Shown: in pieces, positions 27,617 to 35,932 of the stretch
How the letters are laid out: each line of letters opens with the position of its first letter
Position numbering within the stretch: the first letter of the stretch is position 1
Virus genome (UHGV): UHGV-0371587
Source: a virus
Strand: one strand, 5' to 3'
DNA: 42,653 nt
Position numbers and translations under genes: made by a program
Notes under the pieces: model-generated
Databases searched by the model: none
What the model saw: the letters and a program-made list of their open reading frames with translations, nothing else
Told to the model about the DNA's origin: nothing

Positions 27617-27971
27617 GACCTACTCCTTCCTCCGCTAAATGCGTGAATGCTTCTATCCATTTGGGCTCTATACAAAAACATCCTTCGTGTTCATATTCAT
27701 TTGATTCCCAGGCCGCTTCAAATTCTTCCCGGTCGTCAATAAATACCCCTGTCATACTATCTTGCTCCATCATGTAGGCAAGTTCTTTATCCTTGCTTCT
27801 ATCACACAGGCCAAGGAAAACATATTCTCCTTCCATGGCTATACTTTCGACAACATAGGCATTCTCTCCGTCCATATATTCAGCTATACTTTTCCATAAC
27901 TCATAGTCGGAATCTTCTGGATTATTTTCGTCAAACATGTGGGCTGTAGCCAGTTTTGCTATCTTTATCAT
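27594..27971 (-). CDS. acidic hypothetical protein, 125 aa
   Basis: ORF from the track. Confidence 0.55.
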   Translation of the reverse strand: MIKIAKLATAHMFDENNPEDSDYELWKSIAEYMDGENAYVVESIAMEGEYVFLGLCDRSKDKELAYMMEQDSMTGVFIDDREEFEAAWESNEYEHEGCFCIEPKWIEAFTHLAEEGVGHGKTDII

Positions 27972-28177
27972 TCCTCTGCCTCCTCTGAATGCGAGCCTAA
28001 AGATTCAATCGCCTCCATAGCCTCCCCAATACCATCAAACACCATACCGTCATACAAGATATCATCAATCCGGTACCCCAGTTCATCGCCATCGGATGGG
28101 GCTGCTACCCTCAAAGTGCAGATATCCATTCCTTTGTATTCCATTACCTTTGCATATCTATTGCTTAAATGCTTCAT
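27968..28177 (-). CDS. hypothetical protein, 69 aa
   Basis: ORF from the track. Confidence 0.5.
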   Translation of the reverse strand: MKHLSNRYAKVMEYKGMDICTLRVAAPSDGDELGYRIDDILYDGMVFDGIGEAMEAIESLGSHSEEAEE

Positions 28178-28201
28178 TTTCTCCCCTCCATAAATGTGTG
28201 C

Positions 28202-28420
28202 TTAATCAAACGGTATTTCCCCATGTACTGCAATAAAGCCATTATCGGTCTTATTCCAACCGTATATTTTGTTTTCGGAAGAATAGTTTTTCAGGCGTTT
28301 GGTTTCTGGCTCATAATAAAGCGGGATAAAGTAATCCATCACACCGCCATCACGGTCTTTAGCAATCTCTATAACGTTTGTAGCTTGGTAAATCTGGTTA
28401 TCATCTTTCCATCCAAACAT
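28202..28420 (-). CDS. hypothetical protein, 72 aa. Possibly the C-terminal part of a gene split by a frameshift.
   Basis: Overlaps 28369..28596 in another frame. Weak RBS. Confidence 0.35.
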   Translation of the reverse strand: MFGWKDDNQIYQATNVIEIAKDRDGGVMDYFIPLYYEPETKRLKNYSSENKIYGWNKTDNGFIAVHGEIPFD

Positions 28421-28596
28421 CCGTTTGCCTTACTAGGCCGTCTACAGCAAATTGGACACGCCTCCGTCCCATCATAAGCTGGTCTTAAAAATGCTTTTGT
28501 CATAGGGGATGGATTGCGCTCCATATCCTTGATGGCAGCCATTCTCTGACGCTCTGAGTTTTCCAAATATTGGCTCTTTACTTTGTTATCCGGCAT
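28369..28596 (-). CDS. Cys-containing protein, 75 aa (ACPICC). Possibly the N-terminal part of a gene split by a frameshift.
   Basis: RBS GAAGGGGGAACG. Confidence 0.45.
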   Translation of the reverse strand: MPDNKVKSQYLENSERQRMAAIKDMERNPSPMTKAFLRPAYDGTEACPICCRRPSKANGCLDGKMITRFTKLQTL

Positions 28597-28846
28597 TTTG
28601 CGTTCCCCCTTCTGTGATGTTATCTTGCGTATCCGTATAATGTATCCCTGGAATTGTTATAGTTCTAGGGCATTCTTCTGTGTAGTTAATCAGGCCAATG
28701 TCCCTCATATCACGCAAATACCCCCAAATTGTAGAGCTTGACGTATACCCAACCCCCTCTCCTATTTCCCTGGTTGTGGGTGAATAATCATGCTCCAGCA
28801 TATATCGCTTTACAAACATCAGTATTTTTTTATGTATTTCCTTCAT
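28586..28846 (-). CDS. LexA-N-terminal-like winged-helix DNA-binding protein, 86 aa
   Basis: YSPTTREIGEGVGYTSSSTIWGYLRDMRDIGLI resembles the LexA DNA-binding domain. Confidence 0.55.
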   Translation of the reverse strand: MKEIHKKILMFVKRYMLEHDYSPTTREIGEGVGYTSSSTIWGYLRDMRDIGLINYTEECPRTITIPGIHYTDTQDNITEGGTQNAG

Positions 28847-29489
28847 CCTGTTTCTCCCCTACCCAGTCCTGTACCTGTTTTAGCATCAATGCATCATAAT
28901 CGGTGCCTCGTTGGTCAAAATTGTGAAACTGGTTTTTACTGCCTTTGGCGGTCAATTCCTGCCGCTGGCTTCTCACCCAGGTTCTTACCGAGGCTTTCCA
29001 GTCCTTCATTTCGTTTTTTCCAACCATCCATCCCTTTGATGCATAAAAATCAACAAAACTCTCTGGGTCAATGCCATATCCATTCAAAGTGCAATAATCG
29101 GACACATCCGACACCGAAGGTGGAGTAAATGTTTTTTTATTATTATCCTTTACATTATCCTTTTCCTTTACATTATCCTTTTCCTTAGGTTTTGCTTTGG
29201 TTATGGTTTGGTTATCGCTTGGTTTATTATAATTGGATTCTAGGTTATTGTTCGGTTCTGTTTTGGTTACTGGCCTACCACCCTTGGTTCCGTTTTGGTA
29301 TCTACGATTATTCGCATCAATTTGTGGTTTTGCCATTAAAAACATTGCCGATGCAACACCTGCTGATTTAGGTTCTATTTCATCAAGTCCATATTCTAAG
29401 ATTGCTGTAATAGATTCCAATCTTTCTTTTTCCGGCAGCTGCTTAATGGCTTCCCAAAAGCTGCGATAAAATACAACACTATCTCTCAT
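28830..29489 (-). CDS. phage replication protein (DnaD-like replisome organizer with a conserved phage C-terminal domain), 219 aa
   Basis: C-terminal motif DPESFVDFYASKGWMVGKNEMKDWKASVRTW is typical of Firmicute phage replication initiators. Confidence 0.55.
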   Translation of the reverse strand: MRDSVVFYRSFWEAIKQLPEKERLESITAILEYGLDEIEPKSAGVASAMFLMAKPQIDANNRRYQNGTKGGRPVTKTEPNNNLESNYNKPSDNQTITKAKPKEKDNVKEKDNVKDNNKKTFTPPSVSDVSDYCTLNGYGIDPESFVDFYASKGWMVGKNEMKDWKASVRTWVRSQRQELTAKGSKNQFHNFDQRGTDYDALMLKQVQDWVGEKQDEGNT

Positions 29490-29869
29490 AATCCAGTACC
29501 AAACATACTCAGTTGTCCAGGGATTTCGGTATTCTTTCTTTTGTTCTTCTTATTTCGTCCTAAAAATAGCTGTGCGCCACGTTCTGCCGCCTTTATGCTC
29601 TCTATCCGGCTATTCTGGCTTTCCAGCCATTTATAGGCTTCTTGCCGTCCCTGTGCATCGTCACGGGGTACATAGTAACCTTTGCCTGTTGGCAAGGCAA
29701 GAATCACTTTATTATGCCTTAACATCTCTACCGCGGTTCTTACATCTCTGTCCTTTTCTCCTGTCTTGGATACTAATTCATCCCGGTTCAATGCATTCTC
29801 TTTTCCTACAAGGAGCGCATTATATACTCTTGCTTGAACATCTTCACTAACAGTTCGCTTATTCTTCAA
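29486..29869 (-). CDS. hypothetical protein, 127 aa (TTG start)
   Basis: RBS AAAGGAGGG 5 nt before the TTG. Confidence 0.5.
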   Translation of the reverse strand: MKNKRTVSEDVQARVYNALLVGKENALNRDELVSKTGEKDRDVRTAVEMLRHNKVILALPTGKGYYVPRDDAQGRQEAYKWLESQNSRIESIKAAERGAQLFLGRNKKNKRKNTEIPGQLSMFGTGL

Positions 29870-29875
29870 ATAATC

Positions 29876-29919
29876 CCTCCTTTCGGGCCGGGTAAAGGAG
29901 GTTTGATAGGTCCCGGCCC
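29876..29919 (-). promoter_or_regulatory. alternative-hairpin element. An 8-bp GC stem (GGGCCGGG/CCCGGCCC) has an anti-RBS CCUCCUUU in its loop, complementary to the downstream RBS AAAGGAGG.
   Basis: Inverted repeats read from the sequence. Confidence 0.4.
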
Positions 29920-29982
29920 AGGGTCAGAAAGTATATCGTGACATATTAGCAATCTGACCAGTACTAATTTCTGTTGTATGTA

Positions 29983-30471
29983 TCAGCCTATTGGCATTGA
30001 TACTGAGTATTCCTCGATGACCTTAAAAAATTCGCTTGCCTTTAACTCTTTAAATCCTGCTAGGTTGTCAAAATCACAATATGCTTTAAAACTTGCATAC
30101 AATACATTGTTTATCATAAACAGTCTGCTGCTTGTCCGACCAAATACCCTAAATTCAAATGATAAAATAGGTTTGTGCGGTGATTTCAACCCTAGCGCCT
30201 TGCATTTATTAACCCATGCTTTTGCAGGTAAAGAATTTTTCTTAAACAAGCCCGGTGTATCCTTCTTAAAATACTTTCCAAACTTATCAATATCACCATC
30301 CGTTGGACAAATGTACAACCTCTCTGCCGATTGATAATATTCATGAGTTTCAAAACCTTGCTCCTTTGCGAACTCCACAAACGCAGTATTTACCTTTTCT
30401 GACATGGCCTTATAATCTATGTACTCTTTATAAATTGGACTGTCAGTCGTTACTATGTAATACTTTTCCAT
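29983..30471 (-). CDS. hypothetical protein, 162 aa
   Basis: ORF from the track. Confidence 0.55.
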   Translation of the reverse strand: MEKYYIVTTDSPIYKEYIDYKAMSEKVNTAFVEFAKEQGFETHEYYQSAERLYICPTDGDIDKFGKYFKKDTPGLFKKNSLPAKAWVNKCKALGLKSPHKPILSFEFRVFGRTSSRLFMINNVLYASFKAYCDFDNLAGFKELKASEFFKVIEEYSVSMPIG

Positions 30472-31101
30472 CTAATTCTCCTCAAACTTGATACCATATA
30501 CCTTATATTTGCTCTCAAACTCTGTCATCCCTATGTTATGTGCTTCTGTATGGTGCTGCCGGCATAGACATATTTTGCGATAACCCGAATCATCAACTTT
30601 TCTTCGGTCATTCCCCATTCCGATTGTGTCTACATGGTGTATTTCGCCCTCTCGACCGCATATAGCACACTTCCTAAGCTTTAAACATGCATACAGGTAA
30701 TGTCCTATATCATCGGTACGATTAAGGGCAAAATCCAGCAGCGGTATTCCCTGTTCCAGCGCATAATCCAGCATGGTATTAATAAATTCCCTGGCAGTAT
30801 CCATGGAACAATCGGACAGGGAAAAATATCCGAATCCGGTCCGGTTGATATGTAAATACTTAAGCCATTCTTTCTCAACCTCCGGCACATTCCCGGAATA
30901 AGCCGATATGTCATTGACTGTGGCATAAATCTTTCGGCGCTGGTCTGAACTGATGTGTCTGCCATCGTCAAACCATATGCTGCAACTATTCATGTGCTTC
31001 TCAATAATCGGTTCCATGAGATTCTTCCCAGGAATAAATATCTGCAAATATGTTCCCTCAGGAACCAGCTTGTATGCTGTTATATCCGCTGACTCATGCA
31101 T
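30472..31101 (-). CDS. HNH endonuclease-domain protein, 209 aa
   Basis: C-terminal CAICGREGEIHHVD...CLCRQHHTEAHN. Confidence 0.6.
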   Translation of the reverse strand: MHESADITAYKLVPEGTYLQIFIPGKNLMEPIIEKHMNSCSIWFDDGRHISSDQRRKIYATVNDISAYSGNVPEVEKEWLKYLHINRTGFGYFSLSDCSMDTAREFINTMLDYALEQGIPLLDFALNRTDDIGHYLYACLKLRKCAICGREGEIHHVDTIGMGNDRRKVDDSGYRKICLCRQHHTEAHNIGMTEFESKYKVYGIKFEEN

Positions 31102-31113
31102 ATAATCACCTCT

Positions 31114-31776
31114 TTAATTCCATGGAAGTCCACTATCCTGCATATCACTCGGAGGTTGTGTTGCTGACTCTTTATCTGGATTCCTTTTCAGCTTCTTTAT
31201 TGTTTCATTCGCCTGAGAACTGGTCATATCATGGATATCAGTCAATCCATACTTCGATAGCACATTTTTAATTCCTATTCCTGTCCGTTTCAATTCCAAG
31301 AATATTTCATTGATATCGGATTCAGTAATCAAATCAGGATTATTCTGCTTGTTGTATTTAGTCCGGTCTGAATCCCAATAAACATCAGCGCCAATCCCAA
31401 GCTGCTTGCACGCTACCGATATAGCATCTGTGGTTGCCATCTTATAGCATTCGTCCGAAACGTATATGCCGGATTTCTCTTTTGATGCAAACATGCTACC
31501 GCCGTTTCCGGGAATTGGTTTAGACCACTCTCCATCAACCTTTATGTATAATTCGATATCTACAAAAGCTGCTATCTCATTGCCCGATGCTTCTAACCAC
31601 TTTCGTGTAGGTATGTAGTACCACCCTATCCCACATGGACCGAACTGCTCAGTAAGGATTTTTATGCGCCACATAGGGTTGATATCGGTCATACCGCTGG
31701 TACGGCCTCCCTTAATGGTTTTCTTGGCGCTATCTGGGACAGAACGAACCTTTTCGTATAAATCAAGATTCTTCAT
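31114..31776 (-). CDS. Rad52/Sak-like single-strand annealing protein, 220 aa
   Basis: RIKILTEQFGPCGIGWYY-type motif, beta-rich N-domain and acidic C-tail. Confidence 0.5.
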   Translation of the reverse strand: MKNLDLYEKVRSVPDSAKKTIKGGRTSGMTDINPMWRIKILTEQFGPCGIGWYYIPTRKWLEASGNEIAAFVDIELYIKVDGEWSKPIPGNGGSMFASKEKSGIYVSDECYKMATTDAISVACKQLGIGADVYWDSDRTKYNKQNNPDLITESDINEIFLELKRTGIGIKNVLSKYGLTDIHDMTSSQANETIKKLKRNPDKESATQPPSDMQDSGLPWN

Positions 31777-31924
31777 CTTTGTTCTCCTTCATCAGCGTAC
31801 CAATAATATAGTTAATAGCCATTTCCAGTTCCACCCTAACATTTTTTATTGTACAAAGGCTTTTTCTGTAGTTGAGATAAGATACCATTGCAGTACCATC
31901 AATCATCTTGTTTTCCAGATTCAT
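31763..31924 (-). CDS. small protein, 53 aa (not in the ORF track)
   Basis: RBS AAGGAGA 9 nt before the ATG. Its 3' end overlaps the start of the Rad52-like gene. Confidence 0.4.
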   Translation of the reverse strand: MNLENKMIDGTAMVSYLNYRKSLCTIKNVRVELEMAINYIIGTLMKENKDEES

Positions 31925-32048
31925 GTTTTATAATCTCCTTATAATGCTGTTTATGATGTTCTCTGTCCTTCTCCCTACATTTGTCACATTCTTTCCATTG
32001 TTCAGGGTCAAGGAAACATCCGCAAAAATCACAACAGTAACTATACAT
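31899..32048 (-). CDS. Cys-rich small protein, 49 aa (not in the ORF track)
   Basis: Translation MYSYCCDFCGCFLDPEQWKECDKC... Weak RBS. Overlaps the 53-aa ORF by 26 nt. Confidence 0.3.
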   Translation of the reverse strand: MYSYCCDFCGCFLDPEQWKECDKCREKDREHHKQHYKEIIKHESGKQDD

Positions 32049-32235
32049 CCTTTTCTCTCTCTATATTGTCATATGTTCTTCCCTCTAAAATTGACCTCAT
32101 TACAACTTTTGATGCATACTGGTCTGAATCCATAAAAATTAATGCTGAATTTACGCGACCTTTAAGCTCTACAAGATTTTTATACTCGCTAATACTTATT
32201 TCAACTGTTCTTTCTTCCATCTTGCAAACCTCCAT
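32041..32235 (-). CDS. hypothetical protein, 64 aa
   Basis: ORF from the track. Confidence 0.4.
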   Translation of the reverse strand: MEVCKMEERTVEISISEYKNLVELKGRVNSALIFMDSDQYASKVVMRSILEGRTYDNIEREKDV

Positions 32236-32407
32236 AATCTCTGATATAATCAGACTGAATTGTTTTTTGTATTCGGTCGTTTAGCTCTGTCAAGCTGACG
32301 ACCTTTTTTATTGGCTTACCATATCCAGTGTACCGGCTGGCATTCACCATTGCTCCGGCCCGGTTGGTGCCATTCCGGCGGCGGCTCATAATATCACCGC
32401 CAGACAT
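32201..32407 (-). CDS. hypothetical basic protein, 68 aa
   Basis: ORF from the track. Confidence 0.4.
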   Translation of the reverse strand: MSGGDIMSRRRNGTNRAGAMVNASRYTGYGKPIKKVVSLTELNDRIQKTIQSDYIRDYGGLQDGRKNS

Positions 32408-32512
32408 ATCACCAACAATCCGCTTAAGACCATCACCACAGCGGTTAAGCCACGAATAATCATACGGTCTTTCTGCCGTGGGCTTAAATGTGTTTTTCCA
32501 ACAGGTATGTAT

Positions 32513-32758
32513 TCAAGCTGTTTCAACGAATTTCATCTCCTTCCTCGTCAACTCCAAAAGTATCTGTAGCTTTTCTATCGTCAGTTTACACGGGTTAGCC
32601 TTTCGCTCTCTAAATGAGCTTGTACAAAACCCTAAGTACTGCGCTAATTCATCATCATCAAAGTTATTTCTTATTTTGGCTTCTTCTATCAGTAACCTAA
32701 TGCTGTCCTTTTGCCACTCTGACGGCTTCTTAGTTTTCACGACCTCACTTCCTTTCAT
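32513..32758 (-). CDS. hypothetical protein, 81 aa, possible HTH
   Basis: ORF from the track. Confidence 0.5.
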   Translation of the reverse strand: MKGSEVVKTKKPSEWQKDSIRLLIEEAKIRNNFDDDELAQYLGFCTSSFRERKANPCKLTIEKLQILLELTRKEMKFVETA

Positions 32759-32971
32759 CTATACATTCCAAGATAAATTATCTTCTATTATCTCTTTTAC
32801 GTCCACACCAAGAGCATTTGCCATGCGTCCAGCACACACCGGGGTAACTTCCCGCATGTTTAAAATAATATTCATACGCGACCTGCTCACTCCATAACGT
32901 TTAGAAAGATTTGTTATGGTTAAGGAATTTCTAGCTAAAGCAATATCAATTTTATCTCTACTAAGCTTCAC
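32759..32971 (-). CDS. HTH DNA-binding protein (XRE/Cro-like), 70 aa, GTG start
   Basis: RBS AGGAGGTAAGGTC before the GTG. HTH pattern. Confidence 0.6.
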   Translation of the reverse strand: MKLSRDKIDIALARNSLTITNLSKRYGVSRSRMNIILNMREVTPVCAGRMANALGVDVKEIIEDNLSWNV

Positions 32972-32975
32972 GACC

Positions 32976-33080
32976 TTACCTCCTATTTTTAAAATACTGA
33001 TAAACCGCAGCTGCTATAACAGCTAACATCTCTCCTAAAATAGTGCAAATAACTCCTGCTAAAAATGGATTAATGTACAT
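32976..33080 (-). CDS. hydrophobic peptide, 34 aa
   Basis: RBS AGGAGATAAACG before the ATG. Its stop lies 4 nt before the GTG of the Cro-like gene. Confidence 0.3.
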   Translation of the reverse strand: MYINPFLAGVICTILGEMLAVIAAAVYQYFKNRR

Positions 33081-33129
33081 CGTTTATCTCCTTCTCTTCC
33101 TCTTGATTCCCCGGCTCTTTCCGTTCTTC

Positions 33130-33396
33130 TTAATCCTGGCTCTCTGTCCCATTCTCTAAATCTCCTTGTGTTCCTGTGTTGATGTTGTTCAGCCCAGTGC
33201 CATCCTGGGAAACATAATCATATGTGCCGGCAGTATAAAGCCATGCAACATTGGTTCCTATTAGCGCTGCCAGCGTTACCAAGAACGCTATAAACCAATG
33301 CTTTGCATTCCTCTTGCTTTGCTCTATTACCTCTACAGCAAAATACTGTTCCAGCCCTTCCCATGTTGGCTTGTCCTTCTGGTTTTCAATGTTCAT
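33130..33396 (-). CDS. membrane protein, 88 aa, one TM
   Basis: ORF from the track. Confidence 0.5.
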   Translation of the reverse strand: MNIENQKDKPTWEGLEQYFAVEVIEQSKRNAKHWFIAFLVTLAALIGTNVAWLYTAGTYDYVSQDGTGLNNINTGTQGDLENGTESQD

Positions 33397-33763
33397 AAAT
33401 ATTTTCCTCCTGTGCTTGCGTAATACAGGAGAAAATGGTAAAATATTCCTGTATCCGCATTAGTGTGATTAATGTGTGATACCGGGGTTATCTGTGTTCG
33501 AGACAGGTAGCCCCACCTTTATTTTGTTTCCTTGCTTCTGCGACTTCCTTCATTAAGAAATCCAGCCACGGATATTTCTCTGATTGCATATGTACAAGTT
33601 CATCAAACGATTTATCACTAAGTGAAATGCAATCATTATAAAATAGTCTTTCCTCCTTCTTCGCAAATTCCTGCGAAAATCCAATGCTTGTCTTTTTTCT
33701 CCCCCTGTCCTATACTGTATTTACAGGCGTTGCCGCGCCGAGTATATAAGAAAGGGGATAAAT

Positions 33764-33952
33764 ATGTCAGATGTTCATTTAAAAGCGTTTCCTGCTAATG
33801 AATATGAAGCGGTTTCTTTTGCATACATACAAAGCAAAGATTTATCTTCCATGACCCCGGAAGAGATTTATAAACTTTTTAAAGAAACCGAAAGAAAAGT
33901 TTATCAATACTCCCAGGAAAATCGCGATGCCGAATGGATGAGGATTAGATAA
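33764..33952 (+). CDS. small helical protein, 62 aa, on the opposite strand inside the leftward early operon
   Basis: RBS AAAGGGGAT and promoter TTTACA-17-TATATA. Confidence 0.45.
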   Translation: MSDVHLKAFPANEYEAVSFAYIQSKDLSSMTPEEIYKLFKETERKVYQYSQENRDAEWMRIR

Positions 33953-34210
33953 TTTTTCGTAAATCTCAGCAGCAGAATTGGATAAATCAGCCAATTCAGT
34001 CGGCATACATCTTTTGGATTCCTTTGCAAGTAGTTCCAGCTGCTTGCGAAGGATTTCTCTATTTTTCATGTGTTCTACATCATTTTTTCTTTTCAACTTA
34101 TTTAATACAATTGTTGCTGTTTTTATTTGCTCTTCATCACAGATTACAGCTGTCGAAAAAAGGTCTAATAGTGCCGGATTACTTTGTAATACTTTACTGA
34201 TTTCTTCCAT
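33842..34210 (-). CDS. hypothetical protein with a hydrophobic C-terminus, 122 aa
   Basis: RBS AAGGAGGG. Confidence 0.5.
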   Translation of the reverse strand: MEEISKVLQSNPALLDLFSTAVICDEEQIKTATIVLNKLKRKNDVEHMKNREILRKQLELLAKESKRCMPTELADLSNSAAEIYEKLSNPHPFGIAIFLGVLINFSFGFFKKFINLFRGHGR

Positions 34211-34946
34211 TTTCCCTCCTTAAAAACTTGTTGATAAAATACTGCTGCCCTTTTCCAGTAACTTTGGTAGTCTTGTTAATTCTTACGGAGCCATCAGGAT
34301 TATTCACTGTACTTTCCTTTACCTCAAACAATCCTGCCTCCATACTTCGTTGTGTTGGCATATTCCATTCAGAACCATTCCGTTTAATCAGATAGCCATT
34401 ATCCCTCAACCAAGAAAATAATCTTTTCTGTCCGATGTCTATGCCGTTTTGTTTAATCAGCTTCGCTAAGTCACCAATAAGGATTGATGTATGGCTGGTT
34501 GCCACAGCATCGGCAAATATTTCTTTAGGCTTCATGCGTTGTACATCCTCTAAGAGTACAGTGTTTTGTGATTTTAGTTTGTCAATGGTCTTTCCAGCCA
34601 TTTTTAACGCCCTTGCCATGACCTGCTCTGGCGTGTTCCATGCCTTTTCCAAGTCGATAAGGTACTGGCGGCATTGCTTGCCTTTTTCTGTGCGACTCAT
34701 AAGGCAGATATGCTTTGCTGTGTCAACAGAGACAATATAGTCTTGAAGCTCTCTAATCTGTACACCGCCGTTGTTTTGAACCTCCGTAGGCGTAAGTACG
34801 CTGGTCATTTCATCACTTCCAAAGTAATTCAAAAGCCTGTCAGCCCATACACTAAATCTTTCTTTGATTTCAAGTGTTCGATGTAACTCTCTTGCCGATA
34901 CAGTCGGCTGTTCAGCATCATAATTAATTTTTATAATTTCTTCCAT
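34194..34946 (-). CDS. phage antirepressor (AntA/ORF6N-like N-domain plus KilAC C-domain), 250 aa
   Basis: Domain patterns, and position next to the cro-like gene. Confidence 0.65.
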   Translation of the reverse strand: MEEIIKINYDAEQPTVSARELHRTLEIKERFSVWADRLLNYFGSDEMTSVLTPTEVQNNGGVQIRELQDYIVSVDTAKHICLMSRTEKGKQCRQYLIDLEKAWNTPEQVMARALKMAGKTIDKLKSQNTVLLEDVQRMKPKEIFADAVATSHTSILIGDLAKLIKQNGIDIGQKRLFSWLRDNGYLIKRNGSEWNMPTQRSMEAGLFEVKESTVNNPDGSVRINKTTKVTGKGQQYFINKFLRRENGRNQ

Positions 34947-34951
34947 AAAAC

Positions 34952-35140
34952 CTACTCCTCTAAGAAATACTCGATTGATACCCCAAAGTACTTCGCCAGC
35001 ACCGACAGTTTGTCCACTTTAGGTTTACTGCGTCCATCACGCCAGTCGTACAATGTTGCTGTTGCTATTCCTGTATCAGTAGAAACCCGATAAATAGTTT
35101 TGTTAGTTTCTTCCAATAACAGAGCAAATTTTTTGTACAC
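34952..35140 (-). CDS. Cro-like HTH XRE regulator, 62 aa
   Basis: HTH pattern. Transcribed divergently from the cI-like gene. Confidence 0.65.
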   Translation of the reverse strand: MYKKFALLLEETNKTIYRVSTDTGIATATLYDWRDGRSKPKVDKLSVLAKYFGVSIEYFLEE

Positions 35141-35230
35141 TTTTTCACCGCCTTTCTTAGATAAAATGATTGTAAATATATCGGAAATATGATATAGTCA
35201 AGGTACCAGCAAAACCAATCACATTTTCGA

Positions 35231-35332
35231 GATACGAAATCCGTTTGTATCACGGTTTTCTTTCGTATCTTTACTATATCACGGTTTTCTTTTATAGTCA
35301 ATACTTTTTAAGAAAATTTTCCGTGATATTTT
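35231..35332. promoter_or_regulatory. lysogeny switch operator region with three copies of TATCACGGTTTT (two direct, one inverted) plus GATACGAAA/TTTCGTATC inverted repeats
   Basis: Read from the sequence between the divergent cro-like and cI-like genes. Confidence 0.5.
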
Positions 35333-35343
35333 GGAGGGATATT

Positions 35344-35712
35344 ATGTACAAAAAATTTGAAATGCTTTTGGAACGAGACCACATAACTCCGTATAGGGTC
35401 TATAAGGATACCGGAATATCAACAGCTACATTATCAGACTGGAAAAATGGAAAGAGCCAACCTAAAAAAGATAAAATAGAAAAGTTGTGCGAATACTTTA
35501 ATGTTCCTCTTTCTTATTTTTATGGAGAAGATGAAGATACACCAAAATATTATCTAAATGATGAAACTGCCGCCATAGCCCAAGATATTTTTAAAAACAA
35601 AGAACTGCGGTTGTTATTCGATGCCGCTAAAGACGCTAATCCAGAGGATTTGAAAACTACACACGATATGTTGCTTGCTTTAAAGAGAAAGGAACGGGGT
35701 AATATTGATTGA
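35344..35712 (+). CDS. CI-like repressor (N-terminal XRE HTH), about 122 aa
   Basis: Internal ATG with RBS TTGGAGGGAT. HTH pattern TPYRVYKDTGISTATLSDWKNGK. Confidence 0.65.
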   Translation: MYKKFEMLLERDHITPYRVYKDTGISTATLSDWKNGKSQPKKDKIEKLCEYFNVPLSYFYGEDEDTPKYYLNDETAAIAQDIFKNKELRLLFDAAKDANPEDLKTTHDMLLALKRKERGNID

Positions 35713-35932
35713 CTACAACGTCCAATTGATTAGATTTCCATCTGGAAAAATACATGAGGCCGTAACGCCTAATGAGGATGGAACCGTTACTATATTTTTA
35801 GATAAAAATGCAACCACGGAATCTCAAAGACAAAGATTCTGGCATGTTATGAGGCACTTACAAGGAAATGATTTTGAAAAAGATGATGTACAAGATATTG
35901 AGTCTGATGCACATTATGGGGGATGTTCATGA
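35705..35932 (+). CDS. hypothetical protein, 75 aa (TTG start)
   Basis: Overlaps the repressor stop. Confidence 0.45.
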   Translation: MIDYNVQLIRFPSGKIHEAVTPNEDGTVTIFLDKNATTESQRQRFWHVMRHLQGNDFEKDDVQDIESDAHYGGCS

